Source of the DNA: Podarcis filfolensis
Taxonomy: Eukaryota
Length of the DNA: 64,000 nt
Assembly (NCBI GenBank): GCA_964270895.1
Contig: OZ185437.1
Reading direction: 5' to 3' (one strand)
The notes under the pieces were generated by a model, which was not told where the DNA came from, searched no databases, and worked only from the letters and a program-made list of their open reading frames with translations. Shown here piece after piece: positions 25,735-37,600 of this stretch (position 1 is the first letter of the stretch; the number at the start of each line of letters is the position of its first letter). A program made the translations under genes and the position numbers.

Positions 25735-25982
25735 CAGAGGTGTACCAAGGGTCTCTTCTGCCCCTGGCAAGGAGCTGTATTGAACCCCCCCCCCCCCATA
25801 ATTTTGCCACGGTGTGAGAAGGATGGGAGGCTTCTGCATTTGATCTTGCTGCAACAGCGGAGGTGTGGCACCACACACATATACACCATACACTTCATAG
25901 TCTGAATGGTGATTTTTTGCACTCCACCTGGGCCTGTGTTCTCGTCGGGTGCTGTTTTTGCCAACCCCTATCTTCACCTCTG
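25735..25982. mobile_element. hAT-type MITE, 248 bp
   Basis: Ends CAGAGGTG / CACCTCTG; perfect 8-bp TSD TCTGTTCT. Confidence 0.8.
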
Positions 25983-27228
25983 TCTGTTCTTCTAGGATAA
26001 GTTAGAGTTTAGTAATATAAGCCTTTTTGTTGGCTGTTGCTCAAAGAAAATTATTTAAAATGTTGAAATTAGCTATTAGATCTGTAACCACTATACAAAA
26101 CCGCATTGGAGGAGCTAATCTCTATAATTCCACAGCAGCAACACTTAATATTTGCTATCTCTTACATGATAAATTCCCTCAGTGATGGATTAAAGTGGTT
26201 AAAATAGCTATATAAAGATATTTTTTTTTACCTATTTAAAAAATCAACCAAGTAGCTAACTACACAAATACCATAATTTGTTCCAAATTTCTCCCCAATA
26301 CTTAGTTCTGAGCATATATTTAAGCATATATTGTGTCTATGCTTCTTTTACTGCTTTTTCCCAAGCTGGCATGGATAATTTAAAACCTTAAACTATCTTT
26401 TAAATTTGATTGCCTTATTATAGACATTTTTAAAAAAAATCTTTTCTCTAAAAGCTGAATTGTGCCAGCCAAAAAGAGGCGTATTAGATCCAAGACTCAC
26501 CAATGTGTTTCATTTTCCATAACGTAATACAGTTCTTGGCTTTTTGAATTTAATTGCTTGTTTTAATTATTGATTGCTATTTTAGAGAATGTCATGGTTA
26601 GTCAATTATTTGCCTAATTGAGTGCAAAAAGTCATTAGCCTACAAGGAGGAGTATTGTGTTCTGAGGATTGATGTTAAAAATGGAACAGTATAATTTCTT
26701 GTCGTGCAAGGAAACTGCACAAATCCTTCTTATGTTAAAATGGCTACAAATAATTGTGATCTGAGGACCTTTTTACTATCTGTATACAACATACTTCAAT
26801 ATGATTAGTAGTATTTAAATGTTTCAGTGTAATGTATTTGAAATGTTGCAATATCCTCTGTGCTCCACAGTGATTTAGAGAAAAGGCACTACTTTATTAA
26901 TTAACAAGTGCTTGCGCACATACTATTATACAAAAATGTATATTATAGTGGGAAGAATTACATAAGGTTCCCTCCACTTCATGAAAAGTACATGCACACA
27001 TGCAGACAAAAAGTAGTTTGAATTGCTCCATAATAGATAGATATATAGTTCCCCACATGCAGAACAAGAAACTTTATGAAATAACAAATGGAACTGGAAC
27101 ATGGAGTAATTGCATAATAAAATAAATGGCAGAATCTAATAAAATCAAATTTGATAAAGGCAAGAGGAAGATATAAGTTGTCTTAAAAATTACAACTTCA
27201 TTTCCCAACAGTAGCTAATTTCAGGTAG

Positions 27229-27721
27229 CAGGGGCTGCCCAAGACATTTTGGCACCTGAGAGAAACCACAAAATGACATCCCTCTTCCCACTAGACCATA
27301 TAACACCGGTCTTGAAAGACCTACACTGTCTCCCAGTACGTTTCCGAGCACAATTCAAAGTGTTGGTGCTGACCTTTAAAGCCCTAAACGGCCTCGGTCC
27401 AGTATACTTGAAGGAGCGTCTCCACCTCCATCGTTCTGCCCGGACACTGAGGTCCATCGCCGAGGGCCTTCTGGTGGTTCCCTCGCTCCGAGAAGCCAAG
27501 TTACAGGGAACCAGGCAGAGGTAGTGGCACCCGCCCTGTGGAACGCCCTCCCACCAGATGTCAAAGAGAAAAATAACTACCAAACTTTTAGAAGACATCT
27601 GAAGGCAGCCCTGTTTAGGGAAGCTTTTAATGTTTAATAGGTTATTGTAATTTAGTGTTCTGTTGGAAGCCACCCAGAGTGGCTGGGGAAACCCAGCCAG
27701 ATGGGCGGGGTAGAAATAACA

Positions 27722-27755
<34 letters not shown>

Positions 27756-27873
27756 GATATTAGGAACAAGGGCAGAGTGGGGGAATAAATATGTACATTG
27801 GGATCTGTTACCCCTGTGGATCCTGCTACCTGAGATGGTCACCTCACCTTGCCTCATGGGTGGGTCAGCCCTG
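27229..27873. mobile_element. Older hAT-like MITE split by an L2 insertion
   Basis: CAGGGGCTG and CAGCCCTG ends enclose the L2 copy; TSD not preserved. Confidence 0.45.
27291..27755 (+). mobile_element. Young L2-clade LINE 3' end with (TTA)n tail
   Basis: Translates to DHITPVLKDLHCLPVRFRAQFKVLVLTFKALNGLGPVYLKERL; tail at 27722-27754. Confidence 0.9.
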
Positions 27874-28206
27874 TCCATTACTCTGTATGATCACAGAAAT
27901 GCAGAACTGTCAAATGGTCCCAATAACTTCACAATGTTTCAACTGCCTTTTATTGAAGGAGAATTTTCATGCTGCTAGAACTTCTGTGAAAATTCTACAA
28001 TGCGTGCAAATATCGCTGTCAATGTTAGAATACCCCGTGTTCATTTGGGCATATATGCAGTTGGCTGGTAAGTGCCTTACATGATATGAAAAGGCAAGGT
28101 GGTCAAATTAGAAACATGGTCATATGCTATGAATGCATTTGATGCCATCTTTGACTTTGCAATCATGAAGAATTTGGTTCTGTTAATAGTTTCTGTTGCC
28201 TTTTAG

Positions 28207-28386
28207 AATGTGCTGAGAGAACTGGAAAGGAAGAAGGTTGATCTTAACAGTGTAACAGAGAGTAGCGCTGTACTTCAGACCTTAGTGGAAGGCAGTGAGA
28301 CGACTTTGGAGGAAAAGCTCTGTGTTCTTAATGCTGGATGGAGTAGAGTCCGAACTTGGACGGAAGATTGGTGCAATACACTTTTG
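28207..28386 (+). CDS. UTRN: UTRN exon (ex35 paralog), 180 nt: [16 protein letters not shown]...[16 protein letters not shown]
   Basis: Acceptor cttttag, donor GTAAGC. Confidence 0.97.
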
Positions 28387-29274
28387 GTAAGCTTATATGC
28401 AATTTTTACATTACAATATTTGCTGCCTTTAAAAATATTTTTTTTTTTAGCCGAGTTATCTGTCTGACATTAAGATTTCCAAAGTGTAATTAGCTTCAGC
28501 AGAATAAGGTACATTATGATAGCCGCCTCACCGTGTGTACTGTCACAAAGCATAGAAATTCCTGTGAAGAGAGAAGATATCAGCATGCCCGGTAGATTTA
28601 GGATTGAAGTTACTTAATAAGAAAGGTGAGGGGCCAATATAATTTTAAAATGTGTCATGAATTTTAGAAGATCATTTCGCTCAGTTTAAAATGTGCCTAC
28701 CTGAACTTTGTAAGATTCTTGCTATCTAAACAGCCAGTTTTAATAGCCTTTACTTTTTGACACGAATATGTTGTAACCATAATCCCAAAGAAAATATTAA
28801 GAGAATCTAACGCACCCATGGCAGTTTAATTCATTCTTGTGTCCTCTCTGATCTCTGTTGTGAGTTATCTATTTATCTGTCATCTCCCTGATTTGAAGTC
28901 ATTCACCATTGAGACTGGTCATCTATAATATCTCTGAAGCCCTCTTCAGACATTTGCCTGAATATGTGTAGGATTAATGAGGTGGGAGGCGTTTTGCATA
29001 TGATCCCCACCTCAAACTTCACTATATGCACCAGTTCCCATTTCTGGAATGAGAGGAAGACAAGGCAGAAGTTCAGATCATGGGAGAATTCCAGTGCTTA
29101 GAATCTTCATTCAGATGTTTCCCTTCCATGTGGGAAGTTCTGAAGGGGGGGATGGGTATCTGTGAGGATATGCATTCAAACAAACATCTGAAGGTTTAAA
29201 AAAGTAAAAATCTTTCTCGGGTATCTTTCCAAAATCACCCTTGGTCTCCCTGAAACATTACAGGGAATAGGGGA

Positions 29275-29930
29275 AATGTGATCTTGTTGCTCTTGCTTGA
29301 TCTCTCAGTGGCTTTTGATACTGCAGTATCCTCCTAGACCATCTTCATGAGTGGGGGACTGATGGAACTATGGGGCCAGGTTTATAGAATAGCATTGGGG
29401 GAATTATGTGCCAGACTCCTGCCAATTGTGCTGTTCATTGCTGCAGGGCAATAAGGTATATTATGATAGCCTTCTCACCATGTGTTCCCAGTGCTGTTCA
29501 ATATCTATAAGAAGCTGCTGTGAGTGGTAATTGGGAGATTTGGGGCACAGTGCCATCAGATTGCTGATGACGCCCAGCTCTATTTCTGTTACACCTGAAT
29601 CAGGAAAGGCTGTGGCTGTTTTAAACTGGTGCCTGGATGCAGTGATGGGCTGAATGAAGGGCAACAAACTGAGACTGAATCCTAGTAAGATGGGGGACTG
29701 TGGTGAGTGGCTCCCAGGTACAGGAGTTGGGGAGTTTACTGGTTCTGGATGGGGTTGCACTCTGCTGAAGGAACAAGTTTATAGTTTGGGGGTGCTCCTC
29801 GATCCATCACTGGAAGCTCAGGTGATCTCTGTGGGGATGCCTGTTATCAGCTTAAGCTGTACGGCACTTCACCCTTTCCAGGACATGTATAGTTTAGCCA
29901 CTATTGTTCATGTGCTGGTAACCTCAGAAT
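29275..29930 (+). mobile_element. Decayed L2 RT fragment
   Basis: Remnants of LLDLSVAFDT, ADDAQLY, NKLRLNPSK and LGVLLD. Confidence 0.8.
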
Positions 29931-30630
29931 TTATGTTGAATCAAAGCATAAGGTGAACACACTGCAGAATTTCACCAGTGCTTTAAAAGTTGCTACCTTT
30001 GCTTCTTTCTCTATACTTTTGCAATCTGAAAACCTTTGCTATAAAGTGTTACTATCAGAATAAACCAATTCTTTAAAAATCAAGAACTTTTGGAAATCCA
30101 ATTTCACAACCATGTATTCTTTTATCAGTGAAAGAATCATTCATGTAAAATTGACAGAAAGCAATCTATAATGAGCAGCGTTGTTTGAATATGTTAAGGA
30201 TTTGTTATGTGTTTGAGCATACTGGTTTACTCATTGGCTATTAAACCCTGTTATGATGTGGGGATATGAATGCTGCATATTTTCAATGCTCTTTTCGGAA
30301 GTATGTTCTTAGGGAGAGGTGAAGTGGGCCTGGGCAGGCTTTATCCTGTAGCAAAAATATGGATGCAGGAGATAGAAAATAGTGCAAAAGGGGATAGGGT
30401 GCGGATTTAATACCTTCTAAATTTTAGTCTAATTTTCTTTTTGAATTGAGTATGCAAATTTATTGTAAACTGTCCAGAGGTCTTGGCATGGAGTGGGCCA
30501 GAAATCTAAATAAACGTAGTGATGACTATCTATTGCTAAGTGTTTCCTGTTAATATGCAGCATTTTTTCATTTTATTGATCATTCTCTAGGTATTTCTTT
30601 CATTGATTTATCCTTGTCTTTGCTGTCCAG

Positions 30631-30759
30631 AATCACCAAAGTCAACTGGAGATTTTTGATGAGAATGTCGCCCACATAAGTACTTGGCTGTACCAAGCTG
30701 AAGCCCTGTTGGATGAGATTGAGAAAAAGCCAGCCAGCAAGAAAGAAGAGACAGTGAAG
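30631..30759 (+). CDS. UTRN: UTRN exon (ex36 paralog), 129 nt: [43 protein letters not shown]
   Basis: Acceptor tgtccag, donor GTAGCA. Confidence 0.96.
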
Positions 30760-30930
30760 GTAGCAAACCTAATCTCTTACTGACATGGCTTATACAGTAA
30801 TAGTATATTTTGGTTCCAAATGAAACTCCGCCAGATCTCTTGGTTGATAACTCTCTTGCTACACTCCCACCCTGTTTTATCCTGCTGTGTACTGAACACT
30901 AAGCTTGTGCTGTTTTTCCCCTCTTCTCAG

Positions 30931-31101
30931 CGTCTAACATCAGAATTGGATGATGTTAGTCTCAGAGTAGATAATGTGCGTGAACAAGCTATTATGCTGA
31001 TGAATGGCCGTGGTGTGTCATGCCGTGAGCTGGTAGAGCCGAAGCTGGCTGAACTGAACAGGAACTTTGAGAAGGTATCACAGCACATCAGAAGTGCTAA
31101 G
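30931..31101 (+). CDS. UTRN: UTRN exon (ex37 paralog), 171 nt: [28 protein letters not shown]...QHIRSAK
   Basis: Acceptor cttctcag, donor GTAAGG; the preceding intron is only 171 nt. Confidence 0.96.
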
Positions 31102-31190
31102 GTAAGGATGGAAGATGTTGTGCAAAACAAGGATGTTGCTTCATGATCCCAAAGCATTGATTTCTTCCCATTTTGAAGTCCATATGTTAA

Positions 31191-31494
31191 GGGGAATGTA
31201 AGTTGAGCAGTTAATTTGCACACAACCCTTCCATGACAAGGAAAGTGTGCACATTTCCTGGTCAGTATACATAAACCCCAAAAGGCCACAGAGAATGTGC
31301 ATATTTCAGAGAAAGAAGCAGCTGAGGTGCAAACAACAGGCCATTGTGGACATTCACCAGGCCTCATGGAGACTGTGCACATAATCCTTCCATGAAGATG
31401 GAATTATGCACATTTCCTGGTCAGTAGGCATAATCCCTAACAGCTCTTGGGTAATGTGCCCATATTGACGGGATTTTGCACACTTACATTCCCC
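31191..31494. mobile_element. TTAA-flanked MITE with GG termini (Kolobok-like)
   Basis: TTAA at 31187-31190 and 31495-31498; 13-bp perfect TIR GGGGAATGTAAGT; internal 64-bp direct repeat. Confidence 0.75.
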
Positions 31495-31706
31495 TTAAGA
31501 TCCTTGAACAGTTCTTAATGCTTTGGTGGAATGAATGCTACTTAGTTATTTTTAGATCTCAGCTAGGTGCAAACTCCTGTTTTGATAAGAAGTGTATGTG
31601 GTAGGGAAGCTGCTTCTTAGTATTTTATTGATGAGCTGGTTGATTATGATCTTTTTTTTTTTTTTGGCTGGGGAGAACTTTGATGATAACTTAGAGAAAG
31701 ATAGTA

Positions 31707-31966
31707 CAGTGGTATCTTGGGATGCGAACGGGATCCGTTCCGGAGCCCCATTCGCATCCAGAAGCAAACGTAACTAGCGACGGCACATCTGCGCACGCAT
31801 GCGTCACTTTTCGCCGCTTCTGCGCATGCGTGTGATGTCATTTTTAGCATCTGTGCATGTGTGAGTGGCAAAACCCGGAAGTGATGTGCTCCATTACTTC
31901 CAGGTTGCCATGGAGCGCAACTCGAACATGCTCAACATGAAGCATATTCAACCCGAGGTATGACTG
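31707..31966. mobile_element. Tc1/mariner MITE, 260 bp
   Basis: Ends CAGTGGTATCTTGGG / CCCGAGGTATGACTG; TA TSDs. Confidence 0.82.
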
Positions 31967-32667
31967 TACATTGCTGTACATTGACAAACAAATATCTGCT
32001 TGCTCCTGACAAGATATATTGTTTAAGTAATAATTCTTGGGTGTTCTTCTTTTAAAAAGCACACATGCATTTAATTTACAAAATACTACCAGTCTAGTAG
32101 AAAGGGTACATAACACTAAGCTTGAGATCCAACATAACACTAGCACAAGATGATTGAGAACTTGTTCTTGAACAAGCAGTATCACACAAGCTTAACTGTC
32201 ACCAAGTATCATAATAATAGTGGTTGTGCTAAGGATTTCACAACATCTTTTACAGAATACGGCTGTTGCAGTGCGCTAAGAATGAGGCTCCCACTTGCAG
32301 AATGGCTGTTCCTTGAACAGGCTGTTACAACTGGATATCACCCGTTGACTTTTGATATGCCTCCAACTCTCCAAAAGCATATAAGCTAGGTCTTGAGTAT
32401 CCCAGTTACTCATGACTAGGCATTTCCTTAGCCTGGGTCTCTGGGAATGCGAATCAGCTTATCACTCTCAGCCTTATTCTGCGTTCTTAGGTGCAGCTTA
32501 GTATTTTTCATTTTTCAACTGAGCCAGTGAAACAGGATAATATGTAGCCAAAGTTCTCCTACACTGCAAAATCTGATTCTGAACGTGATGTTCATGTGCA
32601 ACTTTACTGATGCAGTTATTTAGGCATTAATCAATGTGTGTGTTTTTGTCTTCCCATTTGCCATCAG

Positions 32668-32823
32668 ATGCTTTTCAGTCAGGAGGCTCATAAAGTGTTT
32701 GTCAAGCAAGGGACCCATGGAATTGCAGTGGATTCTGCAGACATTGATAAATTCGAAAGTGAGTTACAGGATATGCTGAAGGTTGTAGAGAAACACATGG
32801 AATCAAAGGAAGATGATGAAAAG
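32668..32823 (+). CDS. UTRN: UTRN exon (ex38 paralog), 156 nt: MLFSQEAHKVFVKQGTHGIAVDSADIDKFESELQDMLKVVEKHMESKEDDEK
   Basis: Acceptor gccatcag, donor GTGTGT. The 5' end is divergent and a second in-frame acceptor lies 15 nt downstream. Confidence 0.88.
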
Positions 32824-32924
32824 GTGTGTGAGATTAGAATGAAACAGATTATTGCACTTGCCTTTATTAAACATATTTTCAGCTATTCTTCTGTACATTT
32901 TTATGCATGTTTCTCTTCACAGAT

Positions 32925-33125
32925 ACTGGGTTGTGTTCACTGTAGCACTTACGCGAGCGGAATGAATTCTGCTGCAGAAAGGGACTTTACATCCTTTCCT
33001 CCCCCTCTGCACCCCCTAAATCTTTCCTGGGGATTCCCCCAACCTTCTAGAGCAGATTTTGGTAAGGTGTAGGGTGGATGTGGTTGGGAGAAGGAAGAGT
33101 CCCATTACGCAAGTGGAAGTTGTTT
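32925..33125. repeat. Old unclassified interspersed repeat
   Basis: Motif (cccctaaatct...agagcagatttt); related tracts near 19130-19330, 29000-29200 and 47260-47400. Confidence 0.35.
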
Positions 33126-33238
33126 TGTTCAGGCATATTTTTTGTTGTTGAATACTGCCTGTTATATTCCTCTTGGGAGGAGGGGAAATATTTTCCCTTA
33201 AAGTATCATTTAGTGTTTTTGTGCTGTTATCATTTTAG

Positions 33239-33376
33239 TTGGATGAAGAGAGGGCTCAAATTGAGGATGTTCTACAAAAAGGTGAAAAGCTACTGCAACA
33301 GCCAATGGAAGAGAGCAGGCATGAGAGAATTCGTTTGCAGCTTCTGCTTCTGCAGACCAGGCAAAGCAGCGCTAAG
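33239..33376 (+). CDS. UTRN: UTRN exon (ex39 paralog), 138 nt: [46 protein letters not shown]
   Basis: Acceptor cattttag, donor GTGAAG; 46 codons, as in human. Confidence 0.95.
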
Positions 33377-34481
33377 GTGAAGCTATTGTGTTCTCCCTCC
33401 ACCCACCCATCCAATAGGATAGACATCTGCAGTATAGTTTCCTCTCTCCCAAGCAACATGTGCCTGCCTGCATCAGAAAACTCTGTAACTCTCATGCACG
33501 CACCCATGCCCAACTTCTGATTTTTCATTTCATTGACACAGATGTCTTTTCAACCCAGGTGCACATGGCTTTCCACTTCTGATATATTGGAATCTTTTCT
33601 CTCGTCACCCTGAAACTAGGATGGGTAAATGGATGAATTGGTCATTAAATATTTTAGTTCTGCCCAAAACCCAGTACTCTCTGCACACAGTTATTCTTCT
33701 GTATGAATTTGACCTTCTGAGTCAGCTCTTCACCCACTTTCAATGGAAGAAAGAAAATATGCTTATAGGTGCATGTGCTATTGAAACTGGGTGAGGGATC
33801 GGGGCCAATTAGATCTGCAATTGCCTCCATATTAAAAAAAATGTCAATATTGGGTAAAATTGTTCAGCTCTTTTATTCTTGTCTGTGACTGATGAAAGGC
33901 AGAGCCCTGTTTCTAATTCCCTGTCATCTTCCCCAACGGAACCAGAGAGTTCCATATTAGGCCCATAGAAACTGAGTAGGCGTTAGCCCCCGCCTCCAGC
34001 CACAACTTAATTTACACCAGCATGGTGATAAGGGAAATGGGGGTGGGACAGAAGAGGGGTTGCATTTTTTTTTAATTTCTGGATTACTGATGTACCATTC
34101 AGCATTTGAGAAGCCTCTTCTTCAACCTGGCAAGATCCTGTTTTGCCTCAGATGCCTTCAAGGAACCCCACCTCCAGCCGAGGATTGGGGAACCATTTAA
34201 ATTTGGTTCCCTGGGAAATAGGCAAATTGATCCTTGGTAGAATTATTTTTCAAATAAGGCAATCTGTGTTAAGACAGAAATTGGTATTGTGGCAGCATGC
34301 AATATCAACCCGGCTCCCTGGCAGATGTTGTTTGGGGTCGTAATTGTCAACAAACGCTTTTGCCATTTCAGCTTGCACTTCTTTTGTAGATTCTAAACAT
34401 CTGTGATTGAGCATACACAACTGCTTTTCTTCTGCTTCTGTCAACCATTTGCTTTATATTCCCTTCATTCTTTGCTTATAG

Positions 34482-34634
34482 GAACTTAGGTCATTACAAA
34501 GGAGACAGGTGGTGGAGCTCTCCCCTTCATTCTCCCAATATAAGACAGAACAAGACAGTCATTTGCACTGGCTCAATGAGACAGATGGAAGCCTTTCTGG
34601 AACAGAGGAAGCAGAAGAGGAGGGGAGGTTGCAG
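34482..34634 (+). CDS. UTRN: Extra UTRN exon homologous to dystrophin exon 40, 153 nt: ELRSLQRRQVVELSPSFSQYKTEQDSHLHWLNETDGSLSGTEEAEEEGRLQ
   Basis: Polypyrimidine tract plus tag acceptor, donor CAG/GTAGAT, phase 0-0, no stop codon. Aligns without gaps to recalled DMD ex40 (DLRSQRRKKALEISHQWYQYKRQADDLLKCLDDIEKKLASLPEPRDERKIK, 153 nt). Confidence 0.82.
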
Positions 34635-37600
34635 GTAGATCTTATTTATTGTGAAAAAAATATTTTAAAAACTTTCCCCTTAAGTTACACTAACAGACCA
34701 TCTAGCCAATATACTTTCACTACCAGTACTGTAACTGTAACTACAGGTTGGGGTTTTTTAAAAAATTTTTTTGTCAATAATGTCATCATATTTTTGACAA
34801 AATAAAATTGTCAATAAATTCTAAAATGGACCACTGCACAAAATTTACCCTTTGGTAAAGGACGCTGATAGAGGATCTGTCCATCTAGCTGGAGTTTAAT
34901 GTTTTAGACCCCACTAAGGAAGAGGACACATTCCTATAATTGGGCTACAAGAACTTGCCATCTCTTTTTGAAATGTTACATTGGCCATTAACACATTCAG
35001 TTGTGAGTGGATCCAGCAATGTTATGACTGAGTTTTGAGGCTAGATCTGTACAGGGTAGTGAAAGATCAGATTCGAAAGCATATTTACTTACATTCAGGT
35101 TGCTGCATTTCAGATAAATTATTTATCAATAGCATGTGAAATCTTGAAAGAAGTGGATCTTCTTTATTTACTATATTTTCAGTCTTGTTTTTCAGATAAT
35201 TGTCTGCTAATGTGTCTCATATTAAAGAGAGAGAGGGAGGGGGAAAAGAGAGAGAGAATGAGAGAAAGACCCTGTCATTTGGTTTATAAACTACGGTAAA
35301 AAGACAGGAGAAAAGGGAAAAGGTGAAGGAGGGAGATTAGTTATTCAAAGCCAGAACAAAGTGGTGAGCTGTGAGAGGGCATTTATATCCAGTTCAGGCA
35401 AGCTTGTTCTTCATCTGCTTGAATAGCAATTGATGACTTTGGTCCCTTTGGCCAATGGATGAGGCCAGAGTGTTCTTTCTTCTTACTTTAGCAGTCCCAG
35501 GGGCTAAACACAGCTAAAGCTGAGTATTTTTTCAGGCAGGATGGGGAGAAGTGAGCTCTTTGTAGCTGCTTCTTATTTGGCTGATGGTAAGGGCCAGCTG
35601 GTCTCCCTGTTGCCTCAATGTTTCTTTCGGGAGGTAGTGACCCTAGGTTTCCTGGCTGTTGGCAAAAGCTGGAGTGTGCTACTCTTCAATTCTCTGGCCT
35701 CAGGACAACTGGGGTATCTATGAATGGGAATCTGTGATTATTTTTATCTCTGCTCATTAGCCGTCTCTTCTTAAGGCTTTTCCTGGGCCTTTCAACTTTT
35801 CCTTGTGTTCAGATTTTGCTCACAGGTGAGCATGACCAAAGGAGAAAGGGTCATATCCTGCTATGTTTCTGGGCAGTTTCTTGAACCTTGGTAAACCCTG
35901 GGTCAAGTGAACCCCAATCCGATTTTGATTTGACCCCTTATGATTTTATTTTGGATGTGTTTAAATTGGATGTATTAAAATCTGCTGTTTAGTCAAATAT
36001 TTGTGAGAATTTTATTGAGTGCAGTACTGTGATACCGACTTCAGAAAGCTTGTCTGTTTCAATTATTCATACATACAAAGCTTTTCATTTTCCATTTCTA
36101 ATGCGTCCACTTTTCTCAAATATTTAGTCTGTCATAAGAATTGTTGTTATATTTTATATAATAGTGAGGAGTCGTCTGAAGCAGTAAGTAATTTTTTGGA
36201 CAAGCTTGTGCATTAGGCAATCTGTCAAATACTTTTGCATTTCTGGTTATGGGACTTTATAATTAAATGAATCAATCTCTTTATGACTCTCCTATAACTT
36301 TAAAGCCCAGAGCCAATTATTGAGGAGAACATAGAATGTGAAAGACTCAAAATCAAGCTTATGCAGCATAGAATAATGATGCCTAAAGTCCTCCCAATTT
36401 AGTGCCCTGTTTTGTCAGCAGCTACCTCCATTTCTTCCCATGGAGCTAACAGCAGCTTTAAAGTCAGGGAATTTAGGTTGGGATGATAGTGTGAGGAGAA
36501 TGGGTGACAATTATTTTCTTACAAAAAGGGCTGAAATTGGTGAATTAATATGAGAGTGAAGGCGGCCAGCAACAGGTTTGGATCAGTTTTACCCCACAAA
36601 AAATGTATTTAGGAAAAGTACCAGTTGTTGCTTTGTAGCAGCAGATCATCTCCCTTCTGCACACTGGACTTCACATAGGAAACCTCCTGTTAAGAATTGA
36701 TGTCAGCATGCAAATATCAGACAGGGTAGGAGCCTGATTGTCAGCCCCATTCTCCTTTGTACAGGTAGTGCTCAAGTAATGAAGAGAAATCAAAAAGATG
36801 GATTTGCATGTGTAGAGCTGCACCAAGTATTAATCATTGGTTTGCGGTTTATATTTTAAAAATATTTTATATGAATTGCCCCAGTCTATTTTTCTGGCTC
36901 AAATGCCCTTTGTTTGTGTAGGATCTGGAAAATCATAGTTGCTGTCTTCTCTGAATTGAACCTTGAACATTAGGGTGCTGAGGTTTGAGGTTTTCATTAT
37001 TTTTTGGCATACTGTAGGTGACAAAACAGCAATTGATCAATAGTACTGCAACTTGTTTAACATTTCTCTGTTGGAGACCTTGTTGATGACCTTCACTCTG
37101 CGCTGGACTCTGATGAAGATGCAATTCTGTATATGGTGGTTCAGAAAAGGAATAAACCATATTTTTGTGCCTGGTTTTGATTGGCTTCATCTTTTAGTGA
37201 TTAGCCAGTTGGGGATACTGTATTATCTAGCTCATTGCATCTGGTATAAGGTTGGCTTGGTAACCATTCATACACCAAACTGAGCTCCTTGGAGGAAGGG
37301 CAGAATACAACTTTGATGAACAGAAGCAGATAATTGCTGTTCCCTTTTGAATGAACTGCCTTTGGGGATCAGATCAAGGTCTGTCTCGTCCTGTGTTATG
37401 CTTCCAGCAGCAGTTAACCAGATGTCTCTGGAAGCAAGGCATGAAGGTGACCATTTACTGGTTGTTTATCAACACCAGCTTATGGTGCTTCAATTCAGAA
37501 CCCTAATCTCTATGAATTTGTCTAATTGATTCTTTTAAACTAGGGTTGGGGAACTCATGGTTTTCCAGAAGTTGATGGGGCTCAGGCACAGCACTTCAAA

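Noticed and set aside
30760-30930. 171-nt intron (multiple of 3) as a retained in-frame intron
   Set aside because: In-frame TGA at its eighth codon.
30927-31382. 151-aa antisense ORF
   Set aside because: Shadow frame of exon 30931-31101 running into a MITE.
36639-36725. 87-nt open in-frame segment between AG and GT as an ex41 remnant
   Set aside because: Peptide QQIISLLHTGLHIGNLLLRIDVSMQISDR has no spectrin-like pattern or similarity to DMD ex41.
36978-37160. RW-x6-F motif resembling the end of DMD ex41
   Set aside because: The upstream frame has a stop and no similarity; no suitable splice sites; the minus strand looks more like a decayed LINE.
37398-37530. ORF containing QFRTL, similar to DMD ex41 QFRRL
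   Set aside because: The sequence matches the decayed CR1-tail motif (tatgaatttgtctaa) seen elsewhere in the window.
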